Shown here one piece after another: positions 11,819-26,052 of a stretch of 54,886 bases of DNA. Position 1 is the first letter of the stretch; each line of letters opens with the position of its first letter. The notes beneath the pieces were generated by a model. The model was not told the DNA's origin. It saw only the letters and a program-made list of their open reading frames with translations, and did no database searches. Position numbers and translations under genes: made by a program. The DNA comes from Macrostomum lignano. Lineage: Eukaryota. Location of the stretch: the NCBI GenBank assembly GCA_002269645.1, contig NIVC01003747.1, positions 1-54,886 on the forward strand. The letters run 5' to 3'.

Positions 11819-14380
11819 CTCTATCTCTTCTCTCTCTCTTAATACTAAAGTTGGTGCGTTGTTTGTCTGTTTGTGTGATACACATCTCCTCCTAGACGAC
11901 TTGCAAGTCAGCGTTGAAACTTATATGGGAACACTGCAAATTTTTCGAGGATGGCAGTGGGCTATTTCAATTTTTTATTTTCACGTCTTAAGATCCCTAA
12001 AAAAGCAGAAGTAGTAAAACAATAGGGGAATATGAACATCTTGCGTAATTTACAATTATTGCGCCACAACAGCCGGCCTATCTGTGCAGTGTATTCTTTC
12101 AACTGAAGGGGGTAAGCTGGGCCGGTTGACATCAATTTTTAGCGATTGCGCCACAACTGTGTGCACTGAGAACTTACCAAACCCCCCTGTGTTGAGGGTG
12201 CTGGGGCGGCAGTGGAATTCAATGAATAAACTTGCAAGCCTTTTTAGCAGGCAGTGCACGTATGCGTACACTCGATAGTTCAATGCTTTAAATTGGGATA
12301 TTTCAAACGCCAACTGTTCCTCGAGTTTTGAACTCTGAGAGAAGAGACTCATATTGCTGGAAAGATCTTTTAATGCTGACTTCGAGGATATAAGTTGTTT
12401 GCTTTAAATATGAAAGCAAAAAGCAAAGCAAAAGCAAAGACGATATTTCAATACTTTTAACTCTCTGCAAAGATTGTACTCATTTTACGGGTTCAATGGG
12501 GGTTCGACCGACACCCCAACAGTTAGGGGGGGGGGGGGTTGAATTTCTAACCTTCACTGCGTATTGGAAGGGGTCGGTCGCTGTGTATTGGAGGGTTGAT
12601 TTAGATTGCGCAATTTTTTTTTCTAATTTTACCGAGACTGATACTGAATGACTATGAAATTGGTTGCGCATTCAACTGATTCAATTGGTTCAATTTTTTT
12701 ATCGGCGCCTTTCAACACGCTGCTGTGTGTAGCTCTAACCCTAACCCTAACCCTAACCCTAACCATTGAATCCTGGGAGTATATTCCCTTTGACGGAGAA
12801 AATTTCGATTGAGTCCAGTTTCACGGAGAGAATTTCAATGGTTTTCAGTTTCTTGGAGATGATTTCTGTCTTGCGGAGAGGATTTCGATGGTTTTCAGTT
12901 TCACGGAGAGGATTTCTGTTTCGTGGAGAGAATTTTGATGTATTTCTGTTTTACGGAGACAATTTTGATGGATTTTAGTTTCACGCAGAGGATTTCCTTG
13001 GAGTTCAGTTTCCCGGAGAGGATTTCTGTTTCGTGGAGAGAATTTTGATGTATTTCTGTTTTACGGAGACAATTTTGATGGATTTTAGTTTCACGCAGAG
13101 GATTTCCTTGGAGATCAAGAGAGAGAGAAGAGAGAGGAGAGATGAGACAGGAGACGGTAGAGAGGAGAGGGGAAAGATGAGAGAATAGAGATGAGAAAAT
13201 AGAGATGAGAGCGCAGAGAGAAGAGATGAGAGATTGGAGATTATTGATAAGAAAGTAAGAGTAGAGATGAGAGAGGAGATAAGAGCAGAGAGAAGAGATT
13301 ATATAAAGGAGCAAAGAGGAGAGAGTAGATAGGAGAGTCTCAGTCTGGACCATGGCAGTCAATTTTTGCAAACAGGGAAAACATGCTATGATATTTCAGA
13401 GGTTTTATGGAGGATTTTGAAGATTTTTTGACGTAGACCCAAACAATTAAAAAGCATATTTTTATAGACCAGTTTCATAGTCTTGATTGACTGAAATTTG
13501 ATAGAGATAATATTTTTTAAATTGATGGATTGTAGCTTGAAGGAGATGATACACGCTTGATTGCAGTTTAATGGAGAGGATTTTGATGATACATGTATCT
13601 GTTTCATAGAGAGGATGAAATGGCTAAATGAAAGGGATTAGAGAAAAGAGAAAAGGAAACAGTAGATAAAATATTAGATGAAAGAGAACATGAAAAGAGA
13701 GAATTAAAAGGGACAGATTAGAGAAAAGAAAAAGAGAATAAAGGCGAGAGAAGAGATGAGGGAATTGAGAGGAGAGAGGAGAGGGGGTACGAGAGGAGAA
13801 AGAGGAGACAGGAGGGAGTAGAGCCGAAAGACGAGAGAGAAGAGATAAATGAGTAGAGATGAGGGGAGGGAGAGGAGAGAGAAGCGAGAGGATAAGGGAG
13901 AGAGGAGAAGGGAGAAAGTAGAGTGATGAGAGAGCAGAGAGGAGATAAAGGAGAGGAGAGAGAAGAGATAAAAGAGGAGAGAGAAAAAAGTAGTGAGGAG
14001 AAAGAAGAGAGTAGATATGAGAGCGCAGAAAGGAGAGATAAGAGAGTAGAGATGAGAGATGGGAGAGATGAGATGAGAGAGATGAGATGAGAAATAATAG
14101 ATAAACGAGCAGATGAGAGCAGAGAGGAGATAGGAGAGATTAGAGATGAGAGAGCAAAGAAGAGAGAGGGACAGACGACAGTCTCAGTCTGGACAATGGC
14201 AGGCAGTCAATTTTTGCAAACAGGTAAAACAACATGGTTTTTGGGAGGTTAATAGAGGATTTGGAGAGGATTTGGACGATGGGATTCATGTCATTGGATT
14301 CAGCTGATGGATTTCAAGGAATGAAATTCTGGCGATGGGAGTTCTATCCCCTTACTCCGCCAACGGAGGAGTTGGCCTCG
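11623..14380 (+). mobile_element. Helitron unit U1 (type A ends), preceded by two truncated 5' stubs
   Basis: 5' ends start at 11623, 11690 and 11780. CCCTAA tract at about 12736-12764. 3' end is ...GGAGGAGTTGGCCTCG. Confidence 0.85.
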
Positions 14381-15956
14381 CTTAATACTAAAGTTGGTGC
14401 GTTGTTTGTCTGTTTGTGTGATACACATCTCCTCCTAAACGACTTGCAAGTCAGCGTTGAAACTTATATGGGAACACTGCAAATTTTCCGAGGATGGCAG
14501 TGGGCTATTTCAATTTTTTATTTTCAAATTTTAAGATCCCTAAAAAAGCAGAAATCGTAGAACAATAGGGGAATATGCCCATCTTGCGTAATTTGCAATG
14601 ATTGCGCCACAGCAGCTGGCCTATCTGTGCAGTGTATTCTTTCAGCTGAAGGGGTGTAAGCTGGGCCGGTTGACATCAATTTTTAGCGATTGCACCACAA
14701 CTGCGTGCACTGAGAACTTAACCAAACCCCCCTGTGTTGATGGTGCTGGGGCGGCAGTGGAATTCAATGAATAAACTTGCAAGCCTTTTAGCAGGCAGTG
14801 CACGCATGCGTACACTCGATAGTTCAATGCTTTAAATTGGGATATTTCAAACGCCAACTGTTCCTCGAGTTTTGAACTCTGAGAGAAGAGACTTATATTG
14901 CTGGAAAGATCTTTCAATGCTGACTTCGAGGATATAAGTTGTTTGCTTTAAATATGAAAGCAAAAAGCACTGCATTCAAGAAGAGATTTCCATACTTTTA
15001 ACTTTCTGCAAAGATTGTACTCATTTTACGGGTTCAATGGGGTTCGACCGACCCCCTAACAGTTGGGGGGGGTTGAATTTCTTACCTTCACTGCGTATTG
15101 GAAGGGGTCGGTCGCTGTGTATTGGAGGGTTGATTTAGATTGCGCAATTTTTTGTTAACTTTTACTGAGACTGATACTGAATGACTGTGAAATCGGTTGC
15201 GCTTTCAATTGACTCAATTGGTTCAGTTTTTTATCGGCGCCTTTCAACACGCTGCTGTGTGTAGCTCTAACCCTAACCCTAACCCTAACCCTAACCATTG
15301 AATCCTGAGAGTTTATTCCTTTTGACCGAGAAAATTTCGATTGAGTCCAGTTTCACGGAGAGAATTTCAATGGTTTTCAGTTTCTTGGAGAGGATTTCTG
15401 TCTTGCGGAGAGGATTTCGATGGTTTTCAGTTTCACGGAGAGGATTTCTGTTTCGTGGAGAGAATTTTGATGTATTTCTGTTTTACGGAAACAATTTTGA
15501 TGGATTTTAGTTTTACGCAGAGGATTTCCTTTGAGTCCATTTTCACGGAGACGATTTCTGTTTCGCGGAGAGGATTTTGATGGTGTTCAGTTGCACGGAG
15601 ACGATTTCTGTTGCGCGGAGAGGATTTCGATGGTGTTCAGTTTTGCGGTGAGGAGTTGGATGATTTTGCGGTGAGGAGTTGGATGATTTTGCGGTGAGGA
15701 GTTGGATGATTTTGCGGTGAGGAGCTGGATGATTTTGCGGTGAGGAGTTGGATGATTTTGCGGTGAGGAGTTGGATGATTTTGCGGTGAGGAGTTGGATG
15801 ATTTTGCGGTGAGGAGTTGGATGATTTTGCGGTGAGGAGTTGGATGATTTTGCGGTGAGGAGTTGGATGATGGGATTCAGTTGGTGGATTTCAGGGAATT
15901 GAATTCCGGTGATGGGAGTTCTTCCCCTTCCTCCTCCGAAGGAGGAGTTGGCCTCG
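14381..15956 (+). mobile_element. Helitron unit U2 (type A)
   Basis: 5' CTTAATACTAAAGTTGGTGCG; 3' CTCCTCC-GAA-GGAGGAG-TTGGCCTCG; no GA-rich block. Confidence 0.88.
15641..15870. repeat. 23-bp tandem repeat x10 (TTTTGCGGTGAGGAGTTGGATGA) inside U2
   Basis: Exact 23-bp period over 230 bp, nearly invariant copies. Confidence 0.95.
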
Positions 15957-18696
15957 TATCTATATATACTAAAGTTGACGCGTTGTTTGTCTGTCTGTCT
16001 GTGTGTCTGTCTGTCATTTCGACAACTCCTCCTTGAATAGTGCCAACTCAGCGTTGAAACTTATATGGGAAGATTGGAAATTATCCGAGGTCGGCTATAG
16101 GCTATTTTAATTCTGAAATTTTAATTTCTAAGATCCTCAAAAAAGCAGAAAACGGCGGTCTTGACCTTTGATAATCTTAATTGTCCCCTCTTTCTGCTTG
16201 GAGCTGAAAATTTGCATGAATTTCAAGTGATTGCGCCACAACTTTTCCCTATCTCTGCAGTGTATTTTCTCTCCAGTGGGGGGATGGGGCGTTCTAAATG
16301 GCTGCCTGTGTACAATCGGACCCTGGCTCACTGGCTGACTGTATAGACAATTGCGCAAAGATTTGTGTTCTAATTTTCAATAGGCAGCCCTGTGATTTTG
16401 TTGAACGTTGAAATTCAATGCATAAACTTGCGGGCCTCTTTAGCAGGCAGTGAACGTACAATCGATATTTCAATGCTTTAAATCAGAAAGTTTCAAACGC
16501 AAACTGTTGCTTGAGTTTTTAACTTTGAGAGAAAAAATTTATATTGCTGGAAAGAACTTGCAAAGCTGATTTCAGGGATATAAATTGTTTGCTTCAAATA
16601 TGAAAACTAAAAGCTCTGCATTGCAAAAACTATTTCCATACTTTAAACTTTCTGCAAAGATTGTACTCATTTTGGCGAGAGGTGAGAGATAAAGTTGGGG
16701 GTTTCGACTTCCAACTGGCGCTGTGTATAGGAAGGGGGTCAGTTGCTTTGTATTGGAGGGTTGATTTAGATTGCGCAATGTTTTTGTTAACTTTAACTGA
16801 GACTGATACTGACTGACTGTGAAATCGGTTGCGCAATGAATTGATTCAATTAGTTCAATAGTTTATCAGTGCCTTTTAACACGAAGCTGTGCGTAGTTCT
16901 AACCCTAACCCTAACCCTAACCAATGAATCCGGAGAGTTGAGTTGTTTGACGGAAAAAATTGATTGAGTCCAGTTTAGCGGAGACGATTTCAATGTTTTA
17001 ATTTTGACAAAGAGGATTTCTGTTTCGTGGAGAGGATTTCGATGGTGCTCAGTTTCACGGAGAGGATTTTGATGATGTTCAGCTTCATGGAGAGGATTTC
17101 TGTTTCGCGGAGTTAAATTTATGATTTATTTCTGCTTTATGGAGACGATTTTGATAGATTTAAGTTTCAAGGAGAGGATTTCGAAGGTGTTCAGTTTCAC
17201 GGAGAGGATTTCGAAGGTGTTCAGTTTCACGGAGAGGATTTCGAAGGTGTTCAGTTTCACGGAGAGGATTTCGATGATGTTCAGCTTCACGGAGAGGATT
17301 TCTGTTTCGCGGAGATAATTTATGATTGATTTATGTTTTATGGAAACGATTTTGATGGATTTAAGTTTCAATGAGAGGATTTCGAAGGAGTCCAGTTTCA
17401 CGGAGAGGATTTCGATGGTTTTCAGTTGCACGGACAGGATTTTTCTGCTTCGCGGAGAGGATCTTGATGGATTTGGCATCTTCAATCAGTCAGAGAAGAG
17501 AGTAAAGAGAAGAAAAGAGAAGAGAGATGAGATGATAGAAAACAGAGTAGAAATGAGTGGAGAGATTAGACATGAGAGATGGGAGAGAAGAGGGGAGTAA
17601 GGCGGGAACGAAGAGGGAGAGAGAAGAGGAGAGAGGAGATGAAGGGAGAGGATATGAGAGAGGAGATATGAGATAGTAGAGAGGAGACAGGAGCGAAAAG
17701 AAAGGAGGGATAAGAGCGTACAGAGGCGAGGAGAGAAGAGAGGAAAGAGAGGAGAGAGGTGAGAGGTGAGAGGAGAGAGATGAAAGATCAGAGATCAGAG
17801 ATTTAAGAGAAGAAAGTAGTGAGGAGAAAGAAGAGGGTAAAGATGAGAGTGCAGAGAGGAGAGAAACGAGAGGAGACAGGTGGTAGAAAGGAGTGTAAAA
17901 AACAGGAGATAAGAAAGGAGAGGGTGAGAGTGAGAGCATATAGGAAAGTGTAAAAGGGGAGCAGAGGAGAGAGAATAGATAAGTGAGTAGAGAAGAGATA
18001 TGAGAGAGGAGAGAGGAGAGATTAGAGAAGAGATGAGGGGAGATAAGAGGAGAGAAGAGGGAATGGAGAGGAGAGAAAAGAGAGGAGAGGAGACAGGTGA
18101 TGCAGTAGAAAGGGAAGAAAGATGGTAGATAAGAAAGGAGAGGGTGAGAGCGTATAAGAGATACGAGAAATGAAAGCAGAGAGAGGAGAGAAAAGGTGAG
18201 ATAGAAAGTAGAGCGGAGACGATAGGTAAGTGAGTAGATATGAGATATTAGAGGGGAGAGAAAAGGGGAGAGATAAGAGAGAAGATAGGAGAGTAGACAG
18301 GAGAGGGTACAGACGAAAGGCGAGGGAGAAGAGATAAATAAGGGAGTAGAGATGAGATATGAGAGAGAAGAGATAAGCGAGAAGAGTAGGAATAGAGGAG
18401 AGAGAGAAGCGAGAGAAGGGAGAGAGGAGGGAGAAGAGAGATGAAAGATCAGAGATGAGAGAGATGAAAGTGTAGACAGGAGTAATTAGTGAGGAGAAAG
18501 AAGAGAGTAAAAATAAAAATTAGAGCGCAGGGCGCAAGAGATGAGAGATGGGAGTTGATAGATTGTAGAAGATTTGGAGATGATTTGGAAGATGGGATTC
18601 AATTCATGGAATTTCAGCTGATAGGAGTTCTTCCCCTTCAGAATTCCGGTGATGGGAATTCTTCCCCTTTCTCCTCCAGAGGAGGAGTTCCACTCG
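15957..18696 (+). mobile_element. Helitron unit U3 (type B)
   Basis: 5' ..ATACTAAAGTTGACGCG; GA-rich block at about 17490-18560; 3' hairpin-TTCCACTCG. Confidence 0.88.
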
Positions 18697-20765
18697 TATA
18701 TACTAAAGTTGACGTGTTGTTTGTCTGTGTGTGTGTGTGTGTGTGTCATTTCGACAACTCCTCCTTGAATAGGGGCAACTCAGCGTTGAAACTTATATGG
18801 GAAGATTGGAAATTATCCGAGGTCGGCTATAGGCTATTTTAATTCTAAAATTTTAATTTCTAAGATCCTCAAAAAAGCAGAAAACTCAAATCTTGACCTT
18901 TGATAATCTTATTTGTCCCCTCTTTCTGCTCGGAGCTGAAAATTTGCATGAATTTTAAGTGATTGCGCCATAAAATTTTGCTACCTTGGCAGTGTATTTT
19001 CTCTCCAGTGGGGGGATGGGGCGTTCTAAATGGCTGCATGTGTACAATCGGACCCTGGCTCACCGGCTGACTTTATAGACAATTGCGCAAAGATTTGTGT
19101 TCTAATTTTCAATAGGCAGCCCTGTGATTTTGTTGAACCTTGAAATTCAATGCATAAACTTGCGGGCCTCTTTAGCAGGCAGTGAACGTACACTCGATAT
19201 TTCAATGCTTTAGATCAGAAATTTTTAAATGCTAACTGTTGCTAGATTTTTGAACTTTGAGAGGAGAGACTTATATTGCTGGAAAGAGCTTGCAACGCTG
19301 AGTTCGGGGATATAAGTTTCTTGCTTTAAATATTAAAACTAAAAGCACAGCATTTAAAAAAACGATTTCATACTTTTAACTTTTTGCAAAGATTGTACTT
19401 ATTTTTGCGATAGGTCAGAGATAAATTTGGGGGGTTCAATTGCCAATTCAATTGGGGGTCGGGCGCTGTGTATTGGACGGTTGATTTAGATTGCGCAATC
19501 TTTTTGTTAACTTTACTGAGACTGATTCTGACTGACTGTGAAATCGTTTGCGCCATCAATTTGTTTTATTATCTGTGCCTTTCAATAGGCTGCCCTGTGT
19601 AGTAGCCGGCCTGTGTAATGAATGAATAGACTTGCGAGCCTCTTTGGTAGGCAGTGAACGTACACTCGATGTTTCAATGCTTTAAAACGGGAACTTTAAA
19701 ACGCTAACTGCTCTTCGAGTTCTAAACTTTAAGAGAAGAGACTTATACTGCTGAAAAGATCTTGCAACACTGAGTTCGAGGGTGTAAGTTTTTTGCTTTA
19801 AATATGAAAAGAAAAGCACAGCATTTAAAAAACTATTTCCATACTTTTACTTTCTGCAAAGATTGTACTCAGTTTTGCGAGACGTAATAGATAAAGTTGG
19901 GGGGAGGGTTCAACTTCTCACTGCTGCTGTGTATTGGAGGGTTGATTTAGATTGCGCAATCATTTTGTTAACTTTAACTGAAACTGATACTGTCTGACTG
20001 TGAAATCGGTTGCGCAATGAATTGATTCAATTAGTTCAATATTTTAATCAGTGCCTTTTAACACGAAGCTGTGCGTAGTTCTAACCCTAACCCTAACCCT
20101 AACCCTAACCAATGAATCCTGAGAGTTGAGTTGTTTGACGGAAAAAATTCGATTGAGTCCAGTATAGCGGAGACGATTTCAATGTTTTAATTTCAACAGA
20201 GAGGATTTCTGTTTCGTGGAGAGGATTTCGAAGGAGTCCAGTTTCACGGAGAGGATTTCGATGGTTTTCAGTTGTACGGACAGGATTTTTCTGCTTCGCG
20301 GAGAGGATCTTGATGGATTTGGCATCTTCAATCAGTCAGAGAAGAGAGTAAAGAGAAGAATGAAAAGAGAAGAGAGAGAGAGAGGGTTTAGAGAGACGAT
20401 AGATAAGTGAGTAGAGATAAGATATGAGAGGAGAGAAGAGGGAGAGATAAAAGAGAAGAGAGGAGACACGAGACAGGAGAGGGTACAGACGAAAGACGAG
20501 GGAGAAGAGATAAATAAGGGAGTAGGGGTAGAGATGAGAGAGAGGAGAGAGAAGAGAGTCACGATAATAGCAGAGAGGAGAGAGGAGATATGAGAGACGT
20601 GAGAGTCTTTGAGCTATGGTCTTTGAAAGGTTTTGTAAAGAATTTGGAGACGATTTGGAAGATAGGGTTCAAGACATGCAATTTCAGTTGATGGATATTT
20701 CAGGGAATAGAATTCCGGTGATGGGAGTTCTTCCCCTTTCTCCTCCGAAGGAGGAGTTCCACTCG
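18697..20765 (+). mobile_element. Helitron unit U4 (type B, two internal modules)
   Basis: Type B ends; the internal module occurs twice. Confidence 0.88.
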
Positions 20766-20800
20766 TCTATCTCTATCTATATATACTAAAGTTGACGCGT

Positions 20801-20832
<32 letters not shown>

Positions 20833-23605
20833 ATTTCGACAACTCCTCCTTGAATAGTGGCAACTCAGCGTTGAAACTTATATGGGAAGATTGGAAATTA
20901 TCCGAGGTCGGCTATAGGCTATTTTAATTCTGAAATTTTAATTTCTAAGATCCTCAAAAAAGCAGAAAACGGCGGTCTTGACCTTTGATAATCTTAATTG
21001 TCCCCTCTTTCTGCTTGTAGCTGAAAATTTGCATGAATTTCAAGTGATTGCGCCACAACTTTTCCCTATCTCTGCAGTGTATTTTCTCTCCAGTGGGGGG
21101 ATGGGGCGTTCTAAATGGCTGCCTGTGTACAATCGGACCCTGGCTCACTGGCTGACTGTATAGATAATTGCGCAATGATATGCTACTGATAAGTTTTCCT
21201 GCCTCTCAATGGGCAGCCCTGTGTATTTGTTGGACATTTAAATTAGCAGGCAGTGAACGTACAATCGATATTTCAATGCTTTAAATCAGAAAGTTTCAAA
21301 CGCAAACTGTTGCTCGAGTTTTTAACTTTGAGAGAAAAAATTTATATTGCTGGAAAGAATTTGCAAAGCTGATTTCAGGGATATAAATTGTTTGCTTTAA
21401 ATATGAAAACTAAAAGCTCTGCATTGCAAAAACTATTTCCATACTTTAAACTTTCTGCAAAGATTGTACTCATTTTAGGATTTCAATGGCGTTCGACCGA
21501 CCCCCCAACAGTTAGGAGGTCGGTCGGTGTGTATTTGAGGGTTGATTTAGATTGCGCAATCTGTTTGTTAACTTTAACTGAGACTGATACTGACTAACAC
21601 AGAAATATATTGCACAATCAATTGATTCAATTGGTTCATTTTTTATTATCGGCCCTGTGTATTAGTTTGGCAGTGAAATTCAATGAATAAACTTGCGAGC
21701 TTCTCTAGCCAGAAGTCGGAAAATCGGTAAATTTCAAACGCTAACTGTTCCTCGAGTTTTAAACTTTCAGAGGAGAAACATATATTGCTGGAAAGATCTT
21801 GCAACGCTGAGTTCGGGGATATAAGTTGTTTGCTTTAAATATAAAAAGAAAAAGCACAGCATTGAAAAAACTATTTCCATGCTTTTAACTTTCTGCAAAA
21901 ATTGTGCTCAGTTTTGCGAGACGTAATAGATAAAGTTGGGGGGAGGGTTCAACTTCTCACTGCTGCTGTGTATTGGAGGGTTGATTTAGATTGCGCAATG
22001 TTTTTGTTAACTTTAACTGAGACTGATACTGACTGACTGTGAAATCGGTTGCACCATCAATTTGTTTTATTATCTGTGCCTTTCAATACGCTGCCCTGTG
22101 TAATAGCCGGCCTGTGTAATGAATGAATCAACTTGCGAGCCTCTTTGGCAGGCAGTGAACGTACACTCGATATTTTAATGCTTTAAAACGGAAACTTTCA
22201 AACGCTAACTGCTCTTCGAGTTCTAAACTTTAAGAGAAGAGACTTATACTGCTGAAAAGATCTTGCAACGCTTAGTTCGAGGATATAAATTGTTAGCTTT
22301 CAATATAAAGACTAAAAGAGCAGCATCAAAAAAACTATTTCCATACTTTTAGCTTTATGCAAAGATTGTACTCATTTTTTGGTTCAATGCCCCCAACAGA
22401 TGGGGGTTCAATTTCTAACTGCCACAGCGTATTGAAAAGGGGTCGGTCTCTGTGTACTGGAGGGTTGATTTAGATTGCGCAATGTTTTTGTTAACTTTAA
22501 CTGAGGCTGATACTGACTGACTGTGAAATCGGTTGCGCAATGAATTGATTCAATTAGTTCAATAATTTTATCAGTGCCTTTTAACACGAAGCTGTGCGTA
22601 GTTCTAACCCAAACCCTAACCCTAACCCTAACCAATGAATCCGGAGAGTTGAGTTGTTTGACGGAAAAAATTCGATTGAGTCCAGTTTAGCGGAGACGAT
22701 TTCAATGTTTTAATTTTGACGGAGAGGATTTCTGTTTCGTGGAGAGGATTTCGATGGTGTTCAGTTTCACGGAGAGGATTTCTGTTTCGCAGAGATAATT
22801 TATGACTGATTTCTGTTTTATGGAGACGATTTTGATGGATTTAAGTTTCAAGGAGAGGATTTCGAAGGAGTCCAGTTTCACGGAGAGGATTTCGATGGTT
22901 TTCAGTTGCACCGACAGGATTTTTCTGCTTCGCGGAGAGCATTTGGCATCTTCAATCAGTCAGAGAAAAGAGTAAAGAGAAGAATGAAAAGAGAAGAGAG
23001 ATGAGATGATAGAAAACAGAGCAGAAATGAGTGGAGAGATTAGACCTGACAGATAGGAGAGAAGAGGGGAGTAAGGCGGGAACGAAGTAGAGAGAAGAGA
23101 AGAGGAGAGAGGAGATGAGAGGGGAGATATGAGATAGCAGAGGGAGACAAGAGAGATGATAGGAGAGAGAATAGAGATGTGAGATAAGAGCGTACAGAGG
23201 AAATAGAAGAGAGGGAGAGTAGAAGGGAAAGAAAGAGTCAGATGAGGGATGAGAGATGAGAGAGGAGGGGAGAGAGAAGAGAGGAAAAAAGAGGGGAGAA
23301 ATGAGACAAGAGAGAGTAGAGACGAAAGACCAGGGAGAAGATATAAATAAGGTAGTAGAGATGAGAGGAGAGAGAGGAGAGAGAAGAGAGTCACGATCAC
23401 GATAATAGCGAACAGAGGAGAGAGGAGATATGAGAGACGTGAGAGTCTTTGAGCTATGTTCTTTGAAAGGTTTTGTAAAGAATTTGGAGACGATTTGGAA
23501 GATAGGGTTCAAGACATGAAATTTCAGTTGATGGATATTTCAGGGAATGGAATTCCGGTGATGGGAGTTCTTCCCCTTTCTCCTCCGAAGGAGGAGTTCC
23601 ACTCG
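20766..23605 (+). mobile_element. Helitron unit U5 (type B, three internal modules)
   Basis: Type B ends; modules at about 21245, 21700 and 22150. Confidence 0.88.
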
Positions 23606-26052
23606 TCTCTCTATACTAAAGTTGACGCGTTGTTTGTCTGTCTTCTTCTTTCTTCTCTATACTAAAGTTGACGCGTTGTTTGTCTGTCTGTCTGTCTGTC
23701 ATTTCGACAACTCCTCCTTGAATAGTGGCAACTCAGCGTTGAAACTTATATGGGAAGATTGGAAATAATCCGAGGTCGGCTATAGGCTATTTTAATTCTG
23801 AAATTTTAATTTCTTAGATCCTCAAAAAAGCAGAAAACTTGAATCTTGACCTTTGATAATCTTAATTGTCCCCTCTTTCTGCTTGGAGCTGAAAAAATGC
23901 ATGAATTTTTAGTGATTGCGCCACAACTTTTCCCTATCTCTGTAGTGTATTTTCTTTCCTGTGGGGGGTGGGAGCGTTCTCAGTGGCTGCGTGTGTACAC
24001 TTGGACCCTGGCTCACTGGCTGACTGTATAGATAATTGCGCAATGATATGGCTACTGATAAGTTTTCCTGCCTTTCAATGGGCAGCCCTGTGTATTTGTT
24101 GGACATTGAAATTCAAGGCATCAACTTGCAAGCAGGCAGTCAACGTACACTCGATACTTCAATGCTATAAATCAGACAGTTTTAAACGCTAACTGTTCTT
24201 CGAGTTTTAAACTTTGATAGGAGAAACTGATATTGCTGGAAAGATCTTGCAACGCTGAGTTCGGGGATATAAGTTGTTTGCTTTAAATATAAAAAGAAAA
24301 AGCACAGCATTGAAAAAACTATTTCCATGCTTTTAACTTTCTGCAAAAATTGTGCTCAGTTTTGCGAGACGTAATAGATAAAGTTGGGGGGAGGGTTCAA
24401 CTTCTCACTGCTGCTGTGTATTGGAGGGTTGATTTAGATTGCGCAATGTTTTTGTTAACTTTAACTGAGACTGATACTGACTGACTGTGAAATCGGTTGC
24501 ACCATCAATTTGTTTTATTATCTGTGCCTTTCAATACGCTGCCCTGTGTAATAGCCGGCCTGTGTAATGAATGAATCAACTTGCGAGCCTCTTTGGCAGG
24601 CAGTGAACGTACACTCGATATTTTAATGCTTTAAAACGGAAACTTTCAAACGCTAACTGCTCTTCGAGTTCTAAACTTTAAGAGAAGAGACTTATACTGC
24701 TGAAAAGATCTTGCAACGCTTAGTTCGAGGATATAAATTGTTAGCTTTCAATATAAAGACTAAAAGAGCAGCATCAAAAAAACTATTTCCATACTTTTAG
24801 CTTTATGCAAAGATTGTACTCATTTTTTGGTTCAATGCCCCCAACAGATGGGGGTTCAATTTCTAACTGCCACAGCGTATTGAAAAGGGGTCGGTCTCTG
24901 TGTACTGGAGGGTTGATTTAGATTGCGCAATGTTTTTGTTAACTTTAACTGAGGCTGATACTGACTGACTGTGAAATCGGTTGCGCAATGAATTGATTCA
25001 ATTAGTTCAATAATTTTATCAGTGCCTTTTAACACGAAGCTGTGCGTAGTTCTAACCCAAACCCTAACCCTAACCCTAACCAATGAATCCGGAGAGTTGA
25101 GTTGTTTGACGGAAAAAATTCGATTGAGTCCAGTTTAGCGGAGACGATTTCAATGTTTTAATTTTGACGGAGAGGATTTCTGTTTCGTGGAGAGGATTTC
25201 GATGGTGTTCAGTTTCACGGAGAGGATTTCTGTTTCGCAGAGATAATTTATGACTGATTTCTGTTTTATGGAGACGATTTTGATGGATTTAAGTTTCAAG
25301 GAGAGGATTTCGAAGGAGTCCAGTTTCACGGAGAGGATTTCGATGGTTTTCAGTTGCACCGACAGGATTTTTCTGCTTCGCGGAGAGCATTTGGCATCTT
25401 CAATCAGTCAGAGAAAAGAGTAAAGAGAAGAATGAAAAGAGAAGAGAGATGAGATGATAGAAAACAGAGCAGAAATGAGTGGAGAGATTAGACCTGACAG
25501 ATAGGAGAGAAGAGGGGAGTAAGGCGGAACGAAGTAGAGAGAAGAGAAGAGGAGAGAGGAGATGAGAGGGGAGATATGAGATAGCAGAGGGAGACAAGAG
25601 AGATGATAGGAGAGAGAATAGAGATGTGAGATAAGAGCGTACAGAGGAAATAGAAGAGAGGGAGAGTAGAAGGGAAAGAAAGAGTCAGATGAGGGATGAG
25701 AGATGAGAGAGGAGGGGAGAGAGAAGAGAGGAAAAAAGAGGGGAGAAATGAGACAAGAGAGAGTAGAGACGAAAGACCAGGGAGAAGATATAAATAAGGT
25801 AGTAGAGATGAGAGGAGAGAGAGGAGAGAGAAGAGAGTCACGATCACGATAATAGCGAACAGAGGAGAGAGGAGATATGAGAGACGTGAGAGTCTTTGAG
25901 CTATGTTCTTTGAAAGGTTTTGTAAAGAATTTGGAGACGATTTGGAAGATAGGGTTCAAGACATGAAATTTCAGTTGATGGATATTTCAGGGAATGGAAT
26001 TCCGGTGATGGGAGTTCTTCCCCTTTCTCCTCCGAAGGAGGAGTTCCACTCG
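23606..26052 (+). mobile_element. Helitron unit U6 (type B, doubled 5' end)
   Basis: A 35-bp 5' stub is followed by a second 5' end; near-identical to U7. Confidence 0.88.
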
